A DNA stretch of 64,000 nt from an uncultured Gammaproteobacteria bacterium (GTDB lineage Bacteria; Patescibacteriota; Patescibacteriia; Patescibacteriales; UBA12075), in assembly GCA_964459725.1 (NCBI GenBank), contig CAYWNT010000001.1, positions 91,529 to 155,528 on the forward strand, read 5' to 3'. Positions within the stretch are counted from its first letter, which is position 1. Each line of letters opens with the position of its first letter. Positions 39,703 through 46,193 of this stretch are shown piece by piece. The notes below the pieces were generated by a model, which saw only the letters and a program-made list of their open reading frames with translations, was not told the DNA's origin and made no database searches. A program made the translations under genes and the position numbers.

Positions 39703-39770
39703 GTGGTTTAAGATGAAATAAACAAAAAGTTTAGATAAAGACCACTCAAACTAATTGAGCGGTCTTTTTT
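39697..39770 (+). promoter_or_regulatory. Antiterminator/terminator switch downstream of L1
   Basis: Seg1 is gtttgagtggt (39697-707, containing the L1 stop). Seg2 is (g)accactcaa(ac) (39740-51). Seg3 is ttgagcggtc (39755-64) followed by T6 (39765-70). Pairings 1:2 and 2:3 are mutually exclusive. Confidence 0.55.
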
Positions 39771-39795
39771 AACACAATCAATCTGGGAGGTGGTT

Positions 39796-40011
39796 ATGGC
39801 GAGTGGGCGATCAAATCATTTGGGCAAGGAAGTAAAGGGCAGAAAGCCTGTGAAAATTTCCTTTGGAATAGATAGTGCATTTCCGGTGAATTATCTTGAT
39901 GGTTATGAGTGTGCAAATAGTAATTGCAGATCAGAGGCTGTGGTAAGAGGTGAACGAAACGTTTTTTGCAACATCTGTGGGTCAACAAAAGTAGGAGAGA
40001 GGAGTGTGTAA
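39796..40011 (+). CDS. Small zinc-ribbon protein (71 aa)
   Basis: The GGGAGG RBS lies 5 nt before ATG 39796 (the track starts at GTG 39790). It contains CANSNC...CNIC Cys pairs. Confidence 0.6.
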   Translation: MASGRSNHLGKEVKGRKPVKISFGIDSAFPVNYLDGYECANSNCRSEAVVRGERNVFCNICGSTKVGERSV

Positions 40012-40217
40012 TGGAAAAGGGAGAGTCTGGGGTAAAGCTTTATGTTGAGGTTGGTTCTTTGGAGTTTGGAGGATCACAGGAAGAGAAAGTCCGCAGTTTT
40101 TCAGAACAAGCTAAAATAGGCCGAGATAAACGGGGGATGATTAATAAGCCAGGGTATAAACCAATTGAGACCAGAGGACCGGTTTCTAGACAGAGCGTAG
40201 AGAAAATTGATTGTTGA
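40011..40217 (+). CDS. Small hypothetical protein (68 aa), translationally coupled
   Basis: The ATG at 40011 overlaps the upstream stop (TAATG). The track ORF 39966-40217 is in the same frame. The protein begins MEKGESGVKLYVEVGSLEFGG. Confidence 0.5.
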   Translation: MEKGESGVKLYVEVGSLEFGGSQEEKVRSFSEQAKIGRDKRGMINKPGYKPIETRGPVSRQSVEKIDC

Positions 40218-40455
40218 AGTTGATCTTTTATTGATCTGTAAAATGAGCAAGAGGAAAACAGCCTCAGTGATAGCTTCTAAACTTCACCCATGAGTTTAGA
40301 AACAACTAGCACACTCATTTTAGAAATCTGAAACTTCTAAGTGAAAAACATTCATTTAAGAGGTAGCAATCGGGAGAAATAGTGATCCTATTTCTCCCTC
40401 CAATTCAATTATTATTTATTAATATAATATTATTCGTAGTTACAGATTATATTTT

Positions 40456-40533
40456 ATGTATTTTCAAGAGATATTAAATATTAGAATTATTTTGAGCCTC
40501 ATTATTCTGAGTGCGCTTTTTAATACCTCTTGA
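40456..40533 (+). CDS. 25-aa Ile/Leu-rich micro-ORF (candidate leader peptide L4): MYFQEILNIRIILSLIILSALFNTS
   Basis: No Shine-Dalgarno. TATAAT at 40423-28 and gattat at 40445-50 lie upstream. The stop codon TGA (40531-33) overlaps seg1 of the downstream switch. Confidence 0.35.
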   Translation: MYFQEILNIRIILSLIILSALFNTS

Positions 40534-40589
40534 AGACGAAAATAATTTAATTAGAAGTAGGTCGTCTTTCAAGGGAAGACGATTTTTTT
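40532..40589 (+). promoter_or_regulatory. Antiterminator/terminator switch downstream of L4
   Basis: Seg1 is gaagacga (40532-39). Seg2 is tcgtctt (40562-68). Seg3 is aagacga (40576-82) followed by T7. Seg1 and seg3 have the same sequence and compete for seg2. Confidence 0.55.
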
Positions 40590-40648
40590 AGTTAAAAAGT
40601 GGCGTGTTGTTCTTTGTAAGCATCTGCCAAACAAAGGGGGTATGAGTT

Positions 40649-40945
40649 ATGTATGATGATGAAAGCGGAAGCATTGGCGAAGATGCGGCGATCACCGAGA
40701 ATCAGATGAGGAAATCATTAGGATTAGGTGAGCCTAAAATCAAAGTACTAGAAATTTTTATGTCAGAGGAGGAGCTGAGGAATAAGTTGCCGGTTGGAAA
40801 GGTGGCTGTAGCGGGAAAAAGAAAAGGGCTATTGCATCTTCATAGTGACAGACCCCTTGATCCCAGTGAAGAAGATGTAAAATTTCATTTATCTGGAGCA
40901 AAAATGATTTTTGGTGAAAAAAATGTGGTTTTAGTAGAGAGCTAA
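40649..40945 (+). CDS. Hypothetical 98-aa protein
   Basis: ORF track entry. The GGGGG RBS lies 6-7 nt upstream of the ATG. I recognise no family. Confidence 0.55.
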   Translation: MYDDESGSIGEDAAITENQMRKSLGLGEPKIKVLEIFMSEEELRNKLPVGKVAVAGKRKGLLHLHSDRPLDPSEEDVKFHLSGAKMIFGEKNVVLVES

Positions 40946-40997
40946 TTTTTTCTACTTTATCACAACCTCCCCACGAGATAAAACTTGTGGGGAGGGA

Positions 40998-41025
40998 TTG
41001 ACTTTTATAAAAACTTTGATAATAT
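40998..41025 (+). promoter_or_regulatory. Sigma70-type promoter with extended -10
   Basis: TTGACT at 40998-41003, a 16-nt spacer, then TGaTAATAT at 41017-25. Confidence 0.55.
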
Positions 41026-41031
41026 ATTCAC

Positions 41032-41106
41032 ATGAAAAAAGTTTATGTAAAAAACTTATTATTAGGTTTATTGCTGCTTTTTACGAGCGGTCTTGTTTTT
41101 GTTTGA
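41032..41106 (+). CDS. Leaderless 24-aa Leu-rich micro-ORF (candidate leucine leader peptide L2): MKKVYVKNLLLGLLLLFTSGLVFV
   Basis: The ATG lies 7 nt after the -10. Eight of 24 codons are Leu, with runs tta tta tta and tta ttg ctg ctt. It lies upstream of a terminator and a LeuA-family gene. Confidence 0.45.
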   Translation: MKKVYVKNLLLGLLLLFTSGLVFV

Positions 41107-41133
41107 AAAAGTATAACATTTCTTACAAAAAAT

Positions 41134-41159
41134 AAGACTGCCAGAATAGGCAGTTTTTT
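41134..41159 (+). terminator. Attenuator terminator between L2 and the LeuA-like gene
   Basis: actgcc (41137-42) pairs with ggcagt (41149-54), followed by a T-run to 41159. The upstream gcggtctt (41086-93, inside L2) can pair with aagactgc (41134-41) as an antiterminator. Confidence 0.5.
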
Positions 41160-41205
41160 AATTGTTCTTTAAATCTATAATTCAACCAGCATAAAGGGGG
41201 AAGTA

Positions 41206-42828
41206 ATGAGGAAAATTATTTTACGTGATGTGCTCTTGAGAGAGTCTGACCAAGTTGAAGGCGGAGCAATGTCCCCTAGGGATCAGCTGAATTATGTTCA
41301 GCTTTTGATTGAGGGAGGTATTGACGAAATTGAGGTCGGTTATCCAAGTAGCACAGCAGAGCAGTTGGCAACTTGCAAAAGAATTATAGCATTTGTAGAT
41401 GAATTTTGTACTAGAAATCCGAAGTTAAATCGTCCTCTTTTGTCAGGACTTTCTGTGGCAAGAAAGAAGTCTATTGATGCGGTGGCAGAGGCCGGTTTGG
41501 ATATTTGTCATATTTACATTCCCGCTAGTGACGAGCTTCTTCAGGCTCAGTTTGGTGATATGAAGTATGGTGAAACTCAGGAAGAGAAACGCGATTGGGT
41601 AATTAGGCAAGCTGCCAAGATGGTGAAATATGCAAAATCATTAGACTTCAAAAAGGTTCAGTATTCTCCTGAGGATGCTGGTAGAACTGGTAAGGAGTAT
41701 TTACTCCGTGTTGTTTCGTCTGTGGCTTCGGCTGGAGTTGATTATTTGAATATTCCAGACACTACAGGACATTGTATTGGTTCAGAGTTTCGTGATTTGA
41801 TTAAATGTGTTTCTGATGCCCTTGTGGGTTTTAATCAAGTTGAGATATCTGTCCATTGCCACAATGATTATGATCACTCCGTGCCCAATGCTATTCAAGC
41901 AGTGCTGGGTGGGGCAACTCAGATTGAAGGTACTTTTTACGGATTAGGAGAGCGCAGTGGGATGACCAAGTTTGAATCTGTTCTTTTGGTAATGAGCTCA
42001 AGAAAAGATATTTTTGAGGATTTCGAGATAGGATTCAAAAAGCAGGGTACAGTAAAATTGGTAAATTTTCTGGGCAACGCCCTTGGCATGCCAGTTCCCA
42101 GACATTGGCCGGTAGTTGGTATTCAAAATGGCATATGTAGCTCAGGTACACATCAGGCTATTGAAGCTAGGGCTAAGGAGGCAGGAAAACCAAGTCCTTA
42201 TTATGGATGGGATCCTAAATCGTTTGGTCACGAAAGTGTAAAAATAGTGATCAATAAATCTTCTGGTAGAATTGGCATTGGCAAGAAACTGAGAGAGCTG
42301 GGCTTCTTGGTGGCCAAAAAGGATATCTCCTTAGTTTATGATAAGGTTATGGAGATATCAGAGGCCAAGGGAGGAAAAGAGGTCGAAGAAGCAGAGCTCA
42401 TTGCTATTGCCCAGGATGTTGTCTCAGAGATTCCCTTTTATATTAATATTGACTGGTGTCAGGTGGTTGGAGGGAGAGGAACAATTCCAACCAGTACTGT
42501 AAAACTGGAAGTTAAGGGAGAGGTAAAGATTGACTCAGCAGTTGGTGATGGAACTATTGATGCTATTATGAAAGCAGTCCTTAGGACAGCGAGACAGCAT
42601 TTTCCTGCTTTAAATGATGTTGAGATCGCCTTAGACCATTGCTCCTTTGTAGGTGTCACTAAAGGTTCAGATGCTCTGGCGGATTTTTACTGTAGAATCA
42701 GGGTGGAAAACGGAGAACCTCAGCTTTTTGCTGGAAGATCTGTTCATTTGGACACTTCTCAGGCAGCAGCACAGTCATTTGCTAACTGTATTAGTTGGTT
42801 TTTGGCATCGAAAAATGGGAGTGGATAA
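41206..42828 (+). CDS. 2-isopropylmalate/citramalate/homocitrate synthase family protein (HMGL-like domain plus a LeuA-type C-terminal domain)
   Basis: EVGYPSS, IPDTTGHCIG and HCHNDYDHSVPNAIQAVLGGATQIEGTFYGLGERSGMTKFESV match the DRE-TIM aldolase motifs of the LeuA/NifV/CimA family. The C-terminal GDGTIDAIMKAV region is like the regulatory domain. The GGGGGA RBS is present. Confidence 0.8.
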   Translation: MRKIILRDVLLRESDQVEGGAMSPRDQLNYVQLLIEGGIDEIEVGYPSSTAEQLATCKRIIAFVDEFCTRNPKLNRPLLSGLSVARKKSIDAVAEAGLDICHIYIPASDELLQAQFGDMKYGETQEEKRDWVIRQAAKMVKYAKSLDFKKVQYSPEDAGRTGKEYLLRVVSSVASAGVDYLNIPDTTGHCIGSEFRDLIKCVSDALVGFNQVEISVHCHNDYDHSVPNAIQAVLGGATQIEGTFYGLGERSGMTKFESVLLVMSSRKDIFEDFEIGFKKQGTVKLVNFLGNALGMPVPRHWPVVGIQNGICSSGTHQAIEARAKEAGKPSPYYGWDPKSFGHESVKIVINKSSGRIGIGKKLRELGFLVAKKDISLVYDKVMEISEAKGGKEVEEAELIAIAQDVVSEIPFYINIDWCQVVGGRGTIPTSTVKLEVKGEVKIDSAVGDGTIDAIMKAVLRTARQHFPALNDVEIALDHCSFVGVTKGSDALADFYCRIRVENGEPQLFAGRSVHLDTSQAAAQSFANCISWFLASKNGSG

Positions 42829-42841
42829 CTCTTGATGACAA

Positions 42842-42874
42842 TAGGGGCAATATGTTAATTATTGCCCCTATTTT
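42842..42874 (+). terminator. Terminator after the LeuA-like gene
   Basis: taggggcaat (42842-51) pairs with attgccccta (42861-70), followed by tttt. Confidence 0.6.
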
Positions 42875-42900
42875 ACTAATATTAGTTAAAATAACATCTA

Positions 42901-42929
42901 TTGAATATTTTTTTCAATTATGCTATATT
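42901..42929 (+). promoter_or_regulatory. Sigma70-type promoter
   Basis: TTGAAT at 42901-06, a 17-nt spacer, then TATATT at 42924-29. Confidence 0.5.
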
Positions 42930-42937
42930 AGTTTTAT

Positions 42938-43030
42938 ATGATTAAGACATTACAAAAAACTTATTTCTATTTTTGGTTCTTCTTCTTCCGAAGTCGGAGA
43001 TTAGTTTTTTGTGGTGTTTTAACTGATTAA
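42938..43030 (+). CDS. Near-leaderless 30-aa aromatic-rich micro-ORF (candidate leader peptide L3): MIKTLQKTYFYFWFFFFRSRRLVFCGVLTD
   Basis: The ATG lies 9 nt after the -10. Nine consecutive aromatic codons (tat ttc tat ttt tgg ttc ttc ttc ttc) are followed by a terminator. Confidence 0.4.
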   Translation: MIKTLQKTYFYFWFFFFRSRRLVFCGVLTD

Positions 43031-43055
43031 GTTTGCACCATTAGGGAAAACAAAA

Positions 43056-43090
43056 CTGGTCTCCATTACGGAGGCCAGTTTTATTTTTAT
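43056..43090 (+). terminator. Terminator downstream of L3
   Basis: ctggtctcc (43056-64) pairs with ggaggccag (43070-78) with one G-U pair, followed by ttttatttttat. The upstream ggaga (42996-43000, inside L3) can pair with tctcc, but this alternative is weak. Confidence 0.6.
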
Positions 43091-43115
43091 TAATAAAACA
43101 AAAGAGGAGGAGAAG

Positions 43116-43292
43116 ATGAAGGATATTTATGCATCGCCATGGTCAGAAGAAAGCTTGAATGCCGCCAGGGAGGAAGTCCAATCAAGCGCTGTGAAAGGAA
43201 CAGCTATAGAGGAGTCAAGAATAGGTTTGGCAATGCAAGTTAAAAATCCACCGTCAAGAATACAGGAGAAAGGAGGGGAAAATGCAGAGTAG
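43116..43292 (+). CDS. Hypothetical 58-aa protein (MKDIYASPWSEESLNAAREEV...)
   Basis: A strong RBS (AGAGGAGG) lies 6 nt upstream. The ORF is below the track cutoff and I translated it by hand. Confidence 0.5.
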   Translation: MKDIYASPWSEESLNAAREEVQSSAVKGTAIEESRIGLAMQVKNPPSRIQEKGGENAE

Positions 43293-43452
43293 GCCTGAAG
43301 TATTAACAAATGCAATGAAAGGCAGAGGCAAAGTTGCCGAGAATAGCGAAAAAACTGCTATTTTAAAGGCGAATGGAGAGCAAGTACCTCGCAAGCCTCC
43401 ACCCACAATAGAGCCAAAACCGACACATGCTGGTGATGATGCAGGTTTTTAA
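43282..43452 (+). CDS. Hypothetical 56-aa protein (MQSRPEVLTNAMKGRGKV...PPPTIEPKPTHAGDDAGF), overlapping the previous ORF by 11 nt
   Basis: The RBS AAAGGAGGGG is embedded in the end of the upstream ORF. The ATG at 43282 is in the +1 frame relative to it. Confidence 0.5.
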   Translation: MQSRPEVLTNAMKGRGKVAENSEKTAILKANGEQVPRKPPPTIEPKPTHAGDDAGF

Positions 43453-43462
43453 GGCAACAAAA

Positions 43463-43528
43463 ACCTCGGAAGCGTAGCTTCCGAGGTCGTTTTTTTTAAA
43501 CCATCAAGTTGTGCTTGGTGGTTTTTTT
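43463..43528 (+). terminator. Two back-to-back rho-independent terminators
   Basis: The first pairs acctcggaagc with gcttccgaggt (43463-87) and has T8. The second pairs aaccatcaag with cttggtggtt (43499-523) and has T7. Confidence 0.8.
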
Positions 43529-43929
43529 ATGGTTAATCAAAGACGATGGCCTTATTTAATTTTATATTAATATTTGACTAATACAATGCTAACATGGGTG
43601 TGGTTTAATAAAGGTGAAGATAAAAAGAGGGCACAAGAAATTGGGGATAAAAACAATTTTTTTGAGTACAAACCGAAAAAAAGAAAATCTCAAAAGCACT
43701 TGACAAAAAGAAATATTTAAGGTATGATAAACGATTCTAGCTCATTTTACCTTAAATAAGTTAATAGACTGTTAAAAAGTCTGTGCAAAACCCTGTGTAA
43801 AAAAATGGCAAAAATTGTTTAAAACTAGCCCAAAAACACCCTTGCAAAAAAATAAATTTTAGCTATAATATACACACAAACAAAAAACTAAAACACATAC
43901 ACACATTTTTCTTCCTGGAGGGGATGGAC

Positions 43930-43995
43930 ATGAAAGACAAAGCAAGACGGATGATTTACATCATGGACGTGGTTGCAGAAGAAGAAGGAAGATAA
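43930..43995 (+). CDS. Possible 21-aa micro-ORF (MKDKARRMIYIMDVVAEEEGR)
   Basis: The GGAGGGG RBS lies 6 nt upstream. It is preceded by a near-consensus promoter (cttgca..N17..tataat, ~43842-43870) and a CA-rich leader. A hairpin plus T7 follows (~44016-44058). Confidence 0.3.
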   Translation: MKDKARRMIYIMDVVAEEEGR

Positions 43996-44405
43996 AAGGC
44001 AATAATGCCAAAAAAAGTTTTTCGAGGGTTTTTAGCACAAGCTAACAGCCCTCTTTTTTTATTTAATTTTTCTATATTTTGTTAGTTAGGATAAAATATG
44101 GTAAAATTAGATTGAAATAGCTTTTTTAAGGTTTATTTCGAATTGTTCATTACAAAAACCAGAAAAAGGAGAGTCAATATATTTATCGTTAGCGGTTGAT
44201 ATTTTTTTAAATTTGCACCAGAGCAGAGTTAAAAAGGAAGAGTGAAGAGTGTAAATTTCTGAATGTGGTACAAATATGACAAACCAGATGTGATATTTCT
44301 CTAAAGAGTTATATGAGGGGTTTTATTCCAAGTGGCTTCTGATCAGGAAGCGAAGAAGTCAAGAATTTATAGTATTGTATTATAATACTAGGGGGAGGAG
44401 AGATC

Positions 44406-45593
44406 ATGTGTGAGTTTGAGAGTTTTAATCATATTCGAAAACAAATACAAGAAAACACTAGTGGCAAGGTAAAGAGGTACAAGAGATTAGAGGATCAATT
44501 TTGCCTAGGAGGCAAGGATGATCTAAAAAAGATAGTGAGCAATACATACATTAGTTTTTTTCTTGATGATGATTTAGATCGAGAAATGGTTTTTCAACGA
44601 TTGTCTCACTACGGAAAGATTTTTATGGATGTCAATGGCCTGAAAACCACTAATGAAATGACCAATCATGAGAAAGGAGATATTCATCTCTTGAGAATCG
44701 TCAGGTGTTTGATTTATGATGAGAAAATCGTCAGGTTCATAAAAAAATTCAATATCCATTTTCCGAAAAAGATAGCAAAAGACGAATATGTTTTTGTACC
44801 CTTTCAGGAGTTAAGCGAATCAGAAAGAAGGGATGTTTTTTATCAGGTATTTAGAGAAGGTGGAGATGAATTTTCTATGTTAATTTATTCTCCAGATCAG
44901 CCTTTGACTGATTGTATTTCTTCTGATGGCTGGCTTGATTGCAGTCCTGGCGACTGCTCTAAAAAGCGACCTATTATCCGTGTATTTTTGAGCTTGGTTG
45001 TAAATCAAATATCAAATATAAGGATAGACGATTTGGTTCCACTCAGTTGTATGAGAAGTAAAATGAGTGGTCATGAATTGGTAATGCTTGAGAAAGCAAT
45101 TAATGCCGGCTTTGTCCACACAGCCTCTGTTGCAGGATCAGAAGTTACGTTTGATTTTATTGTAAGCGATTATATCAAGCGCCACGATGTGCCTTACCTG
45201 GATTTTACACGAGCAGAGTGGGGAAACACCTTTATGGGCGCAACTCAAAATTATACCGACAAGATCGCAAATCGTCATAAGGCCATGTTCAAAAAAATGT
45301 GCAGAGAAAGCACCGATCCTAACGACAATCTTGAAGGACTCCTAATCACAAGAGGAGGGGAAGCGCAAATGCTCTATGGTCTTCTTAGGAAGCTTAAAGA
45401 AAGGATGAGGGGAGTAATTGAAAATTACATCTTTCAGCAGGCCATGCACATATCTGATCATGATCGGATATTGGATAGCAGTCAAAATTTTTCCCCTTCC
45501 AAAAAACTAAAATCAATTAACAAAAAACAAAAAGAAACATTGGCTTATTTAGAACAAACAACCGATAAGACAATGAATGAAATCGCAGCTTAA
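44406..45593 (+). CDS. Orphan GGDEF-fold nucleotide-cyclase-like protein (intact GGDEF motif, long insertions, no sensor or TM domain)
   Basis: KIFMDVNGLKTTNEMTNHEKGDIHLL (compare FxDxDxFKxxNDxxGHxxGD) and VFREGGDEFSMLIYS. The GGAGGAG RBS is present and TATAAT lies at 44381-86. Confidence 0.7.
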   Translation: MCEFESFNHIRKQIQENTSGKVKRYKRLEDQFCLGGKDDLKKIVSNTYISFFLDDDLDREMVFQRLSHYGKIFMDVNGLKTTNEMTNHEKGDIHLLRIVRCLIYDEKIVRFIKKFNIHFPKKIAKDEYVFVPFQELSESERRDVFYQVFREGGDEFSMLIYSPDQPLTDCISSDGWLDCSPGDCSKKRPIIRVFLSLVVNQISNIRIDDLVPLSCMRSKMSGHELVMLEKAINAGFVHTASVAGSEVTFDFIVSDYIKRHDVPYLDFTRAEWGNTFMGATQNYTDKIANRHKAMFKKMCRESTDPNDNLEGLLITRGGEAQMLYGLLRKLKERMRGVIENYIFQQAMHISDHDRILDSSQNFSPSKKLKSINKKQKETLAYLEQTTDKTMNEIAA

Positions 45594-45601
45594 TAGGCAT
45601 A

Positions 45602-45638
45602 GTGCCCCTCTGTTCATAGAAACGGAGGGGCACTTTTT
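45602..45638 (+). terminator. Rho-independent terminator
   Basis: gtgcccctc (45602-10) pairs with gaggggcac (45625-33), followed by T5. Confidence 0.75.
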
Positions 45639-45757
45639 AAATAGGGGGGGGTATGTTATTATGTCGCTTGACAGCAAGTCTTGACCGTTTGATTATTAAG
45701 GAATAATATAATCAATCATCATAAAATAATTAACTTAGAAGATGGGAGGGTATTAAA

Positions 45758-45997
45758 ATGAATCTGAAAAATTGTGCTCCTGCCGACATAAGCCTTATTC
45801 TCGAATTTAGAAGATTTTTACGAAGGTCGGATTTATTGAGAATGGGATGGTCCAAAGACGAACTTTTACCGACAGAAGGTGAAAAATTTTGGTTAAAAAG
45901 AAGAGGAGAGGAGGATGAAAAAATAAGAAAAAAAAGAATAAAAGAAGGTTTGAAAATTCTCTTAAAAAAAAGAGAAGAGGCAAAATCAAAAGAGTAA
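45758..45997 (+). CDS. Hypothetical 79-aa basic protein
   Basis: The GGGAGGG RBS lies 7 nt upstream and a strong terminator follows. The overlapping minus-strand ORFs (45730-46068, 45807-45989) are low-complexity. Confidence 0.55.
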   Translation: MNLKNCAPADISLILEFRRFLRRSDLLRMGWSKDELLPTEGEKFWLKRRGEEDEKIRKKRIKEGLKILLKKREEAKSKE

Positions 45998-46035
45998 AAC
46001 CCGAAGTAACAATAACTGTTATTTCGGGTTTTTTT
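45998..46035 (+). terminator. Rho-independent terminator
   Basis: aacccgaagtaaca pairs with tgttatttcgggtt, followed by T7. Confidence 0.75.
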
Positions 46036-46036
46036 G

Positions 46037-46045
46037 TGGTATAAT
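46037..46045 (+). promoter_or_regulatory. Extended -10 element TGgTATAAT
   Basis: tggtataat lies directly after the terminator, ~170 nt upstream of the next CDS. Confidence 0.4.
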
Positions 46046-46193
46046 ATACTTAAGTGCACAATTAGCATCGTGGCGAAAATTACATATTTTTAGGAAATTT
46101 ATTCAAAAATTTTTTAGGCAATATAGTAGTATTATTGTCTGGAAAATTTTTGGGAAAATTTACAAAAATAGGAGATTTGCAGAAGTAATAATT

